Assembly: GCA_012295275.1 (NCBI GenBank)
Contig: CM022667.1
Location: 7,378,001 to 7,442,000, forward strand
Direction: 5' to 3'
Source of the DNA: Chrysomallon squamiferum
Taxonomy: Eukaryota; Animalia; Mollusca
DNA: 64,000 nt
The notes under the pieces are model-generated. The model saw nothing but the letters and a program-made list of their open reading frames with translations, did no database searches and was not told the origin of the DNA. Both the position numbers and the translations under genes were made by a program. Each line of letters begins with the position of its first letter. Within the stretch, counting starts at the first letter, position 1. Positions 39,001-49,160 of the stretch are shown piece after piece.

Positions 39001-41263
39001 TGAGGAAATCGAACTCCTCACTCTTTGAAGTGGGATCAAAACACGGGACATCAAGAGTATCATGAACAAGAACGTTTCATCAAATTTTCAACATCGCAGA
39101 AAAACTGTTGTGATCCCCTTAATCGCCACCCTGAGCAAGCACGCACTAGATCTTTAAGAATTGTTAGCATGGGCACTTACAAATGCTTAGTAAATCCTCC
39201 AAAGACACTAGTGCCAGGAGACAAGTTGTGCTGTGACTGTCTGATTACCCTTCAGAAATCAAAGGTCCTGCAGAGGATGGCTTTAGTATGGGTGGTACTA
39301 CAATGGGAGAATTTGGTGATAACTTGCCAGACAAACCGCTGGTTGTTGTTTCCCCAGAAAAGGACTTTGATTTGAATTCTATTCTGTTGAGTTTAGGCTG
39401 AAACACCTGTCAAACTCCATTCACTAGCACATTCCAGTAAATGAATGAAAGGACAAAAAAAACTAGCATCAGCTACAGTAACATTAAAATGACATCTTAA
39501 TGTCTGAATCCTACCCAGAGTGTGTGCAAATCTTGATTTTGTCACCCTTTACCATTGAAAGGACAATGAATTGAAGGAGGAAATAATCCAATTTTATGAA
39601 AGTGATGAGAACAGTAGAATGTGTCTGGGAATGAAGGATACAGTGAGCATTTGAAACAAACATAGTGAGAAGGTTAAGCATCAGAAACACCTAGTTCTCT
39701 CAAATTTATGTGAACTTTATGCATACATGTAGGCCTACAATGTCTTACTGGATGATCAAGAAAGATGGTGATCCCTAGCATCCAGAATTGATCATTCAGG
39801 GTTTTAGTTAATCAGATGTTAATGGCTGTAAACGTGTTATTTTCATGTATGTGCATTTTTTAAATCTATATTGTGGCTAAACAAAAAATATTACACCCAG
39901 GAAACTTTTATATGTTTTAGTTAACATGTGGGAGATTAAATTTCAATAAAGGTCATCTCAAGATCACGTGATCCACACGGTCAATTTCAAGGTCATAGCA
40001 AAGGTCAAAAGGTCAAGGTACTTCAATATTTTCCAAACTAAACAAAAATGGCAGATTTGGTATCCTTGTCATTTTGCCTTTCTGACAATACCAATTTTAT
40101 GAAGATTGGCCCAGTAGTTCCTGAGATATGAGGGTTCTAAGGTTGGTGGTCACACCCATTTTTGGCAAAAATCTCAAAATTCCGTGGGCCGTATCTCCCA
40201 CACCACTGGTCTGATTGAGCTAAAATGTCAGATTTGGTGCTGTGGGATCCCAGTCAACAAGTATACCAAGTTTTATAAAAATCTGAGACGGTCGGGTTTA
40301 AATTTCTTTTTTTTTTGGGTGATTTGACACGGAATGACCCCTATATATTACTAAGTTGGAGGTATACAATGGTTTAATTAATCTATTAATAATTGTGAAA
40401 AAAAATTCCTAAATAGTTTGATAAATCCTAAAAGACTGATGATAATCAACAATATTATAATACTCATGAAATTTGTTATGCTATATCCTGTATCCATAAT
40501 TCTAATCCTAACATTATATTATGTTGAAATGAAAACTATTTTTAAAAGCTTTGTTAAGAGAAAGGCAGCTGGATATAATAGTATCTACAGGCATTTTCTC
40601 ATATTTGTTATTTTAATATACTTTATTAATAGTAAAGATTATTAGTAATAAATGAATATATATATATATGAACTTCATCTGTATAGATGCATGTATATTT
40701 ATAACTGAACCTCCACATACACTTTACATTTAATGTAACTGCTAAATGTTCACTCATTATATTCATGTACTGCAGTAAAACTATACATACAAATAACCAC
40801 AACCGTAACTGCTGTAACATTTAAAAATAATTTGGAAGTCACCTTTCCACTGAGTCTTAACTTTTTAAATGTTCAACTACATCAAAATCTTGTTGATATA
40901 TATCCTAATAATTACACTGATTACAGATCTTTCAAGCTAAAAAGGACCAAAAGTAAATCATATCAAATCTGAAAGTCCAAGGTCTTGATCAGTTGTTGAA
41001 TATCATATTCAGTATAATAGTTCTATTAATCCAATAACTGATAATGAATTACTGAACATTTGAACTTTTTTTTTTTTTTAAACATTGCCAGGGTTGTTAT
41101 CTGTAATACAATGAGTATAAAAAGTAACGGAGTAAATTACCTGATCCAGTTCCTTGAACTGTGTTTGCTGTCCCTCTTTGGTGATAGCAACTTTCTTTAT
41201 ATTATCCATATTACCTCGCGATGTTCTTATTGGAACTGAACCCCTTCCTGGTTCCCCCGCCAT
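15770..41263 (-). CDS. ELMO: Engulfment and cell motility protein (ELMO/CED-12 family), 21 coding exons, 730 aa
   Basis: Exons in transcription order: 41141-41263, 37035-37075, 36733-36808, 29955-30005, 29221-29390, 28655-28754, 25307-25398, 24940-25005, 23444-23522, 23010-23060, 22307-22429, 22091-22213, 21719-21823, 21115-21223, 20630-20766, 20212-20381, 18321-18436, 17896-17997, 16834-16910, 16299-16427, 15770-15922. All introns GT-AG, phases consistent, total 2193 nt including TGA. ELMO hallmarks: [21 protein letters not shown] (RBD), [66 protein letters not shown] (ELMO domain), WRLSPN and WTDGINALL (PH), [15 protein letters not shown] (PxxP tail). Confidence 0.96.
16536..16656. repeat. 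Interrupted (GA)n microsatellite
   Basis: Direct reading. Confidence 0.9.
16902..17632. repeat. 45/48-bp minisatellite made of the ELMO exon 19 acceptor junction, about 15 copies
   Basis: Unit CAACTGACACTGGAAAAATAAGTTATAAAACATTGCATAATAACACAA; the terminal copy overlaps the exon start at 16910. Confidence 0.93.
18840..20208. repeat. About 24-26-bp minisatellite (TAGATTACTATATTATTAGAATGCTC) abutting the ELMO exon 16 donor
   Basis: Direct reading; degenerates toward both ends. Confidence 0.9.
24240..24430. repeat. Short degenerate tandem repeat (TATACTCACAGTAACAC core)
   Basis: About 6 cores in ELMO intron 8. Confidence 0.75.
25010..25160. repeat. (AACAAT)n microsatellite directly at the ELMO exon 8 acceptor
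   Basis: Sense strand reads (ATTGTT)n-attaacag|CTCTACAAAG. Confidence 0.9.
25381..28430. repeat. About 45-51-bp minisatellite made of the ELMO exon 7 acceptor junction, about 60 copies
   Basis: Unit GTTCACACAGTCCGCTACCTGAAACACACAGATAAAACTTTAATTTACA; the terminal copy overlaps exon bases 25381-25398. Confidence 0.96.
30960..31260. repeat. Degenerate about 35-40-bp tandem repeat (AACAAAAATAGAAATGTATGTAAATATTTTTACCC)
   Basis: About 8 diverged copies. Confidence 0.75.
31268..31321 (-). CDS. Candidate alternative first coding exon of ELMO ([18 protein letters not shown])
   Basis: gcgtcATG start, 18 open codons, then CAA|gtaaaa donor in phase 0, matching phase-0 exon 4. Retains CpGs in a CpG-poor intron. 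No transcript evidence. Confidence 0.4.
31425..31550. repeat. About 40-bp tandem repeat x3 (AACTAATATTTACATGTCTCTATCACAGAATATC)
   Basis: Direct reading. Confidence 0.75.
37494..40340 (+). mobile_element. Sola2-like DNA transposon relic (non-autonomous) in ELMO intron 1
   Basis: Termini GGGTCATTCCGTGTCAAATCACCCAA ... TTGGGTGATTTGACACGGAATGACCC with 4-bp TSD CTAT on both sides. About 620-bp inverted repeats (37494-38117 vs 39707-40340). Interrupted transposase-like remnants CCDPLNRH and [23 protein letters not shown]...[13 protein letters not shown] at about 39100-39730. GRG termini, 4-bp TSD and long TIRs fit Sola2. Confidence 0.85.
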
Positions 41264-41700
41264 GATTATTTATTACGAAAATAGCCAACTGGCGAAATTC
41301 AAATCAAATCATAATGATAATTTTTAAGAAATTTAATAGGTTTTTGTTTTCTATGTTGTATGATTTAAGGTTATATTAAATATAGTAAATAATAAAGATA
41401 CATATTTCGGCCTACAACAGAGTGAGTGTCAAAACTGATACGATGACCAAACCTCTTCCGGATAAGAGTTTCAGAATGGTACACGAGAGGGCGCTACTTC
41501 CGGTGCACTTAACTCTACCATTGTAACGTTTGGTTTTTGAAGTTTGTGTTTGTGCTGTTCATTATTCATTTATGACTTAAATTTATTAATTAATTATTTT
41601 GTAAGCTAGATGATGCCTATATAATAGTTTAATTTACGATAAACGGTGTGTCTTAATGCGTCATGTCAAGTAAAACAACCTTTAACAGGTACCGATATCT
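41264..41700. promoter_or_regulatory. Putative bidirectional promoter between ELMO and the TMEM70-like gene
   Basis: CpG-containing stretch between head-to-head genes. Two ETS/GABP-type CTTCCGG sites (about 41455 and 41497) and an adjacent AGAGGGCGCTA motif. Confidence 0.55.
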
Positions 41701-42438
41701 TTGACTTTCTCACGATTCGGTTCGCCTACACGTGATAACACTGATACAGTTAAGATCACAGTCACGTTACATTTCTTAATAAAGATTATTTTATTTTCTT
41801 TAGTAATTTGCATTCAGTTCACTAATTAATTGTTTGTATATAAATATAATTTTGAATTGTAATAAATACTTTGTTTTGTGTATTAATCGCAATATTTAAC
41901 CACGTTTCCTCAAAGTTACCTATCAACTTTTTAAAAGTATTTTCCATAGGCAATCACACCGAAGATAATGTGATATTTTTCTGTTTCAATGCCAGAGAGG
42001 CAATACATAACATAAACAAAATTCCTTTAATTTAAAATAAGCATTCACAACTATTAATTTTGAAATAAAGCTTTATATTTAAAGATTCAGGACAATATAT
42101 ATATTAGTGATTTCTTGTCTAAGATAACATGTATGAATTTTCCTGTTTAATAAATACCAGAGGTCTGATGAACAAAAACCAGAGATAGAAAATTAAATAG
42201 ATGTCCATTACTATTATTATCACAAAAGAAACTTTAATTTTGCTTGTTTTTACAAATTCTTAATTGATATATATATATATATATATTTACATTTTAACAG
42301 TAATATTTTAAGTATTATGAAAATAGATGTCTGGTTGTTACATAATTAACATTCAGTTTTATTAATTTTACAGAGAGTATTTGGAAATGAACTGGTGAAG
42401 ATTTAATGTACTAAGAACCAATAAAAAAACACTGGAAA

Positions 42439-43358
42439 ATGTTGTTACTTACCAGGGGTGCTATTTGTTGTCCACAGTTTCTTCATATTTGTTGTCAGGT
42501 ATTTCTTTTAATTTGTTACATAACACTGCCTAGAATTTACAGCTTTAAGTGTAATTTTAAATTTAACAGTAATTTACTCGTGAAGATTATTTTATTAGCA
42601 AGTTAAGATTTCAAAAAGCATTCCTCATTATCTTTTTTTTTTAAATACATTTATTTTTGTTGTTAGAAATGAATTCAGTATTTGTTGTTTTTCAGAAGAG
42701 TCACTTGCTACAAAACGTGAGGCCTGAGCTGAGTCAGTTGTTGTGCAGAACAAAAGTTATCATATCTCAGCGACCTCAGAGATTCCGCCCACAGCATGAA
42801 AATGACAAAGTCAACAAGGACTATTCAATAATCTACATAAACAGTCTGGCAAATACAAGTTTCTATGCCCAGCTGTTCATTTATTCTATGTCAGTACCAA
42901 CAATGGCTTTCTCAGCATACCAGTGTTATCTGCATTATGAAGATATACCATATAACCTGTCATCAACTAGCCCAGCCTTTGGAGGACTCATCTACTTCTT
43001 GTTTAGTGGTTTTCTTGTGTTAGGTCTCAACACTATCTGTCGTAGATCTATATACCGCATGTATCACAACCCAGACACTGACCACTTTATAGCTATTGTA
43101 CAAAACTGGTACATGGCTAAAAGTCATCTGCCATTTACTGCTGAACAAGCCAGGCGCAGAAAGCCATCTTTGAAAAATGGATTTCTGGGAAATTTAGAAA
43201 TTAAAGGACGTCAGTTTTTCATTGTTGGAACAGATTTCAAAATACCTGCATATTACAATCGGCTTATGGGTTTTGACCTAGACACCCCACTTGAACAGAT
43301 AGATGACATTGATATTAAAGATCTAATTAAAAAAATGAAAAAGAAACCTCAGAAATAA
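42439..43358 (+). CDS. TMEM70-like mitochondrial inner-membrane protein (TMEM70/186/223 family), about 240 aa
   Basis: Coding exons 42439-42498 (MLLLTRGAICCPQFLHICCQ, donor CAG|gtattt) and 42696-43358 (acceptor ttttcag). Presequence-like N-terminus and two hydrophobic segments. C-terminal RMYHNPDTDHF...YNRLMGFD resembles TMEM70 RLYH..TDTY...YIHLMGYD as I recall it. Exact family member uncertain. Confidence 0.68.
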
Positions 43359-44796
43359 AGAATATATATATATATATATATATTAATAAACCAGATGGTT
43401 CCAATTTGTTTTCTTTAAACTGCTAAAAACAAGATTTCTATTGTTGAAGTAACTAGAACAGTTTTAATCAAAATTTCTAAAAATTTAAATAATAATAATT
43501 ATACCCACATCCAGTGTGCAGTAGGGCTTGTATGAATTGTAAATGTGGCTATGTTACACTTCATGCATCCATTACCAAATTTTGTAACATGCCATCACAT
43601 CATACATTTTCGGACAAACCATGGTCAAATGAATTTTTGTTTGCAGTCAGTGCTAAGAAAACTTTTATGTTTGTTTCAGATTTCCAACTTGCACCTTTAT
43701 CTGCCTTTAGTCTCATGATTACAGACATTTTATTGCCCCTAGTCAGCACCTGCAACACCTTTCTGGAGTGAACTGAGCTTTAGCCTTTTTAAGTAACACT
43801 TCATTGCAGCATCTTTTTAACTTGTACCACTAAATATTTAAAATACGTAAGACTGAAAAATCAAGGTACACATGTAAAGAGTTATGCTGTGCTATAGTTT
43901 TATACACATACCATTTTTTAATTTTTATAAAGTGACATTTTAATGACCTTAAAATGCAATAATATGACTTAAAATACTTTTAAAAATGAACTAAAGTTGA
44001 AACAAATGATGTGAAAATAAAATGTAAAATAAATAAATCAAAATTTAATTTAAAAGGAAGATCTGCTACGCGTTAAAGTAAAAAAAAAAAATTGATAAAT
44101 GCTAATTCTCACTGCTGAAATATTTAAAGTTCTATGAAGTAGTTAAAAAAAATTTCAGTGGGTAACATTTTATATGTCAGTTTTACTTGGGGCCCACTAT
44201 AAAATGGCAACAATTATTTTAGTTTTTATTTTGTGAGAATAGGAATGACTATCTGAGAATACCCGAGCACTTTATATCAATGGCAATCTTTTTCATACGG
44301 AATCATATAGACGTTTGAGGCCTTGTTAACTGACTTAGGCTTTGTGCAGGAAAATACAGGTTTGGTAGAGTCATTTTGCTTTGGAACAGAATCTTTCATT
44401 TACTGATCAAAACAATTTTTTTTTTTAATCAACAAATAACTGAAGTCACTAGTCAGGTTTCCCAATTCACTGATCAATAATTTCAATGAAAAAATATTAA
44501 AGGACATCCATGGCAGAACAATCTAAATCTACTAATTTACTGTTCATAAAGTATGATTATAAAATACCAGTTATTGAGAATAACAAGTCTGTTATTTCAT
44601 GTCAAACTGAAGATATTTAAGTATTTTCAAAAACACAGTTTTGTAAAAAAAACTAAATTTCTTTAATGCTTCTTCTACACAACTAATCAGCTTATATCGA
44701 TACTTTCATCTCCACTGTCATTTTAGGAAATCAACAAAACACAGATTATTTTGTCCATTTACTGATTTTAATGGCAGAATGAAATGTACAATACAC

Positions 44797-46634
44797 TTAT
44801 TTCTCTTTCTCTTCTGCTTCCCGCTTCTTCTTCTCTCTAAGGCCTCGTAGTCTAACATGTGCTCTGGCCTGTCTCTGGGCAATGAAAGGACTGAATATTT
44901 TCATTTCTTTAGTGATGGCACGTGGTTTCTCGTGTCTCGTGCTCTGTCTGATCACCATGAATGGAGCCTTCAGCTGAGTGGCAGTCTTAATCTGTTCCTC
45001 CTGCAAATAAACATTTGTATATCATTATACAGCAAGAGATATTCTAATAAAAAAAACAAAAAAATGAAACTTTATTCTCATATATCCAAACCAGAACTGT
45101 TAAAAACATTCAAGTTAATTTACTTCTACTCGCAAACAGATTAAACGTGTTATGAAAATAGAATCTGAAACATGGCTAATACAATAAACAATTTTACAGT
45201 TTGTAGACAATTATTGTTAAAAATTTACCCAAATGAGAAACTGGAGTGTCATGTTTACTGATAATGAGAGTTGCACCAATTTAAACCTTGTCATATTTGT
45301 GCCATATGACACTTCCCAGTTGGGAAAGCATGGTGCCAACCACCAAGTTACAGAAATTATAAATTGCACAATAAAATCTCATCATGTAACAATAATTTTG
45401 TTTTATATTGACTGGCTATGAAATTGTTATGAAAATGCTTCTACAGGATGTCTCAAAAGTCACTACGCATCTTGGTGACATTGGATTTTTTTTTTTCATC
45501 AACTGTAATGACACAATGAAGATGTGCATTTTTTAGTGAAATTTTGTGTTTTTATAAATGAAAAATATTCATGTCTTAAACCAGTTTCTTGGAATTCAAA
45601 ATATTTTTCAAAATAATGACTTTTGAGACACTCTGTACAATGAGATAAAAATCTTAAAATAAATTAAAAAGAAGGAAGAAAAATAAATTATTTCATATAT
45701 CTGCAATAGGTGACATTGCAAGAAGGAAGAGACTAAGTACTTCACATGGAAGCTGTTGAAAATGAGTAATTTTGTCTTACCGTGGCATCACCCTTCTTGG
45801 GTTTGCTGGCTTTTCTTGGAAACAAGATCAGTTTTGATCTGTATTCCTTTAATCTCTGCACATTCTGCTGCAAGGACTCCATGGATCGGTTCATCCGTCT
45901 GTGATCAACAGCAATTCCAATACTTCGAGCCATCTTTTTGTTGATACCTGCTTGCTGCAAACAGACAAAATACTAAATTTTCACTGCATTCAGTTTAATG
46001 CGCAATATTTCTTACTAAAATTAAAAACATTCAAGCCACTATTCTTGCAAACTTAGAAAATTATATGTAATCCAGAAACTGCTGTTTAAAAAGTGTTGTC
46101 AACATTTTCTGGTGCAATTAAAAGTATTGAACTTAATTGCAATGTTTTTATAATGTAATCCAAACTAACTTTGAAAACAGCACAGTACAGGTTTTTTTTA
46201 CTGCATTAAGTAATCAATTTTGAACATTTTGCAAAAACTAAATTAGTAATCAAGTCTTTGTAAATATAAAAAATGATAATGTCTTTGTATTGCAAAGAGC
46301 AATGAAATGTTTCATTTTCTGACTTTTGTTTAATTACAATTCAAATAAAAGATCAAAATGTGCAGTTGAAAAATTAGAAAAGTCATACCTTGAGCTCTCT
46401 GAGTGTAAATCCTCTGCCAGCTCTCACTTTTGTGTTGTATTTAAATGTTGGACAACGACATATTGGTCTTAAAGGGCCAGCGACAGGACGAGGGGCAATC
46501 TTCAAAGCTTTCTTCAGTCTGCTTTTCCTCCTCCTCTGTTTTCTCATGGGTTGATTGAACCATGTTCTCACCATCCGCTGCCAATCCTTATGGAAATGGC
46601 CATTAGGTATGATATTATTTCTTTTGGGAGCCAT
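44797..46634 (-). CDS. RPL13: 60S ribosomal protein L13 (eL13), 207 aa
   Basis: Coding exons 46389-46634, 45781-45954, 44797-45000, all phase 0 GT-AG. Motifs [58 protein letters not shown]. Confidence 0.98.
45444..45635. mobile_element. Mariner-type MITE in RPL13 intron 3
   Basis: TA|CAGGATGTCTCAAAAGTCA ... TGACTTTTGAGACACTCTG|TA. Confidence 0.72.
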
Positions 46635-46683
46635 CTTGCTGTGGGACAAAAAAAGAAAAACATAAAAGAAATGTTCAGATATA

Positions 46684-47038
46684 AAGTGGTACCTTGACTA
46701 GCACGTTTTTGCTTCGAGTTGCAAGGCAAAATCCATGTCGTCGAAAACATATAATGGGTTCTATATCCTTAGTTGGCCCAACAAACAGCACAACATCTGC
46801 CCACCATCCTGTGTCTCACTCATTTACTTTACATGGTTACCTCACCGTGGAAGCATCTCTGGCTGTAACTCCAACCAAAGTTGTTAAAATAATGTGAGAT
46901 CTTCAAGATAAATACATTTAAAAAACCAATTTATTTCTTTACCTTCTTTTATTTTGTTTTTAGACAATATTTGTCATTTATAAATACATAATTGCTCGGT
47001 TGCAAAACGAATTAAACTCCCAAGTCAAGGTACCACTG
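46684..47038. mobile_element. Tigger/pogo-like MITE in RPL13 intron 1
   Basis: TA|aAGTGGTACCTTGACT ... AGTCAAGGTACCACTG|TA inverted termini, related to the 59322 element. Confidence 0.72.
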
Positions 47039-47783
47039 TATTTTTATCATCTTGCATTTTTGTAGTTTACAAAATTTTGTGACTATATGCCATATTAACA
47101 AATCTTCCTGAATATTTTGCTACAGTTGTTGTTTTGTTAGTACTAACAGAATCACTGTAAATTGGTGACAAGGACGCAAATCAACTTTTGCTAAAACCTC
47201 TGTTGACACGGTCATGGTGTCAGTTAGGTAACGACATATCTAAATTGGCTCAAGTGCAAGATTCTCAAATTTTCAGTTACGAAGATTCATTTTGTTTAAT
47301 TACTAAATGAAGCATTACCGAATGTCAGGAACCTGGGCAGTACAGCATTACGACATGACTATTGTCAAATCAAAGGACCCAAGATCAAGATGAAGATAAG
47401 ATCATAAATATCATAATATCATAAATATGGTTATTTGAAACTAGATAATAGATTCGGAAACCAATTCCTCGCATAGTATAAACATTTAATGTCTCCGGTT
47501 TTCCACATTTCTGAAATCTGTTATTTTACTGCAATACTTCCCATCGAAAATATGTAAAGGGTTCTATATCTTTAGCTAAACAAGATTCGAATAGGTTACT
47601 GGGAATACTAATCGTATTTACGGCATTTTAAAACAGATGTTTTATTCGATGTCGATAAAAAATACATAATTGTTTGGTTTAACAAAACTATTAAAAAATA
47701 ATATTGTATATAATACGACATCAAAACAGCTTTATTATAGACAGATGCAAACAAATTATAATATAACCAAATAATACACACAC

Positions 47784-47814
47784 CTCGCCAAAATCTATAA
47801 ACCGGAAAAGGAAG
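47784..47814 (-). promoter_or_regulatory. RPL13: RPL13 non-coding first exon with TCT initiator / 5'TOP tract
   Basis: Minus strand reads CTTCCTTTTCCGGTTTATAGATTTTGGCGAG|gtgtgt. The polypyrimidine start is typical of ribosomal protein genes; it would splice to acceptor cccacag|CAAGATG at 46638. Confidence 0.8.
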
Positions 47815-48953
47815 TGTAGGTTTTCGATGATTCCTATCGTAAATCGCTTCTTATATATTGAGAACTGATAGTTTAGCCACAGCAAAAAATCAGCAAAAAG
47901 TTAAAAGTAAATTCTGTTTTCATTGTGCAAGTTGCCAGATATACATAAAAAAGAAAGAATAAAGGAAGGAAACAAACAAACTCAGAAAGTAAATGAAATA
48001 AAAGAATAGAGAATGAAACGTTAAAAGAATAGAGAATGAAACGTTGAAAGATAGGGACTCCTTTAACATTGAAATCAACAGGTATTAAAATGTTTTAGAC
48101 AATATTATTATAAATACAGGGTCTGTTTATTTTATTTTATTTTATTTCATTTATTTATTTATTTATTTATTAAGTTAATTATTTATTTACTTATTTATTG
48201 TTGTTGTTATAGTAATATTTTATAATACTAAGTGTAGTAGAAGTAGTAGTACACCTGGAATAGTTGTTGCTGGTGTTCCGATCTGATGCTGATAATTGTA
48301 TTTGTTGTTGTAGTAGTGGTAATAATAGCAGCAGCAGCAGTAGTAGTAGTAGCAGTAGTAGTTGTTGTTGTTATTGTTATGGAATGGCTGTAGTAAACGT
48401 CATCGCGTCCAATCTTCTGTTGTTGTCATACAACATCAGTCAACCATTATTCAAATCGTAAAGGTGTAAAATAGGAAATAGTAAAACAATGAAATAATTT
48501 TATCTGACTATTTATTCGACATAAACACCTTAACTGTTATTAATATTACTAACAGGACTGAGAGATCCTGTGAAAAAACTTTCTTAGTTTAGATAAACTT
48601 ACTTTCGTTTTTAATAAAAGTGAGAAACATTTTTTATTTTTGTTAAGTAGCGACATAATATAACAATTATGAATTCTGAAATGACACAAACAATGTGAAA
48701 AGTTAAACAAATTACTATAATTTCCAACGTAAGGTCTCGCTATCATGTCTAGAGAAGTTGGCGTTTAGAACCCAATGACATTTTAAGTTCTGACGATGTC
48801 GTTTGTGTTATTTATTTATTTACAAACACATTTTGAAAAAGTACGTTTAACTTCAATCCCAACAGATGTGTGAGAACTAATCGATACTATTTAACTTATA
48901 ACTGGAAATCTGGCTTTAAAATATCTCACATTCTTGTGCCTTTCAACTTTATA

Positions 48954-48974
48954 AATAATAACAATAACAATAAC

Positions 48975-49026
<52 letters not shown>

Positions 49027-49160
49027 TATCTCATGATCCATTCCTTGATGCGAAGAGCTACACATGCAGGTGTAATAGCAACTGGAAGGGATTCCCAGGC
49101 TGTATTGGTCAATGGGTAGATTCTAGACTAATAACGACCAGTGCCGAAGACGGAAGAGTT
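48954..49160 (-). mobile_element. Possible 3' end of a non-LTR retroelement/SINE with an (ATT)n tail
   Basis: GC-richer block of about 130 bp followed, on the minus strand, by a long (ATT)n tract. Family not recognised. Confidence 0.3.

Noticed and set aside
40860-40940. Possible ELMO exon 2
   Set aside because: No similarity to ELMO; 37035-37075 gives the expected 41-nt [13 protein letters not shown] exon.
42657-42695. ORF-track N-terminus MLLEMNSVFVVFQ
   Set aside because: Intronic polypyrimidine tract; the ATG at 42439 in the upstream exon fits better.
47160-47420. snoRNA in RPL13 intron 1
   Set aside because: No properly spaced C/D boxes or convincing two-hairpin H/ACA layout found by eye.
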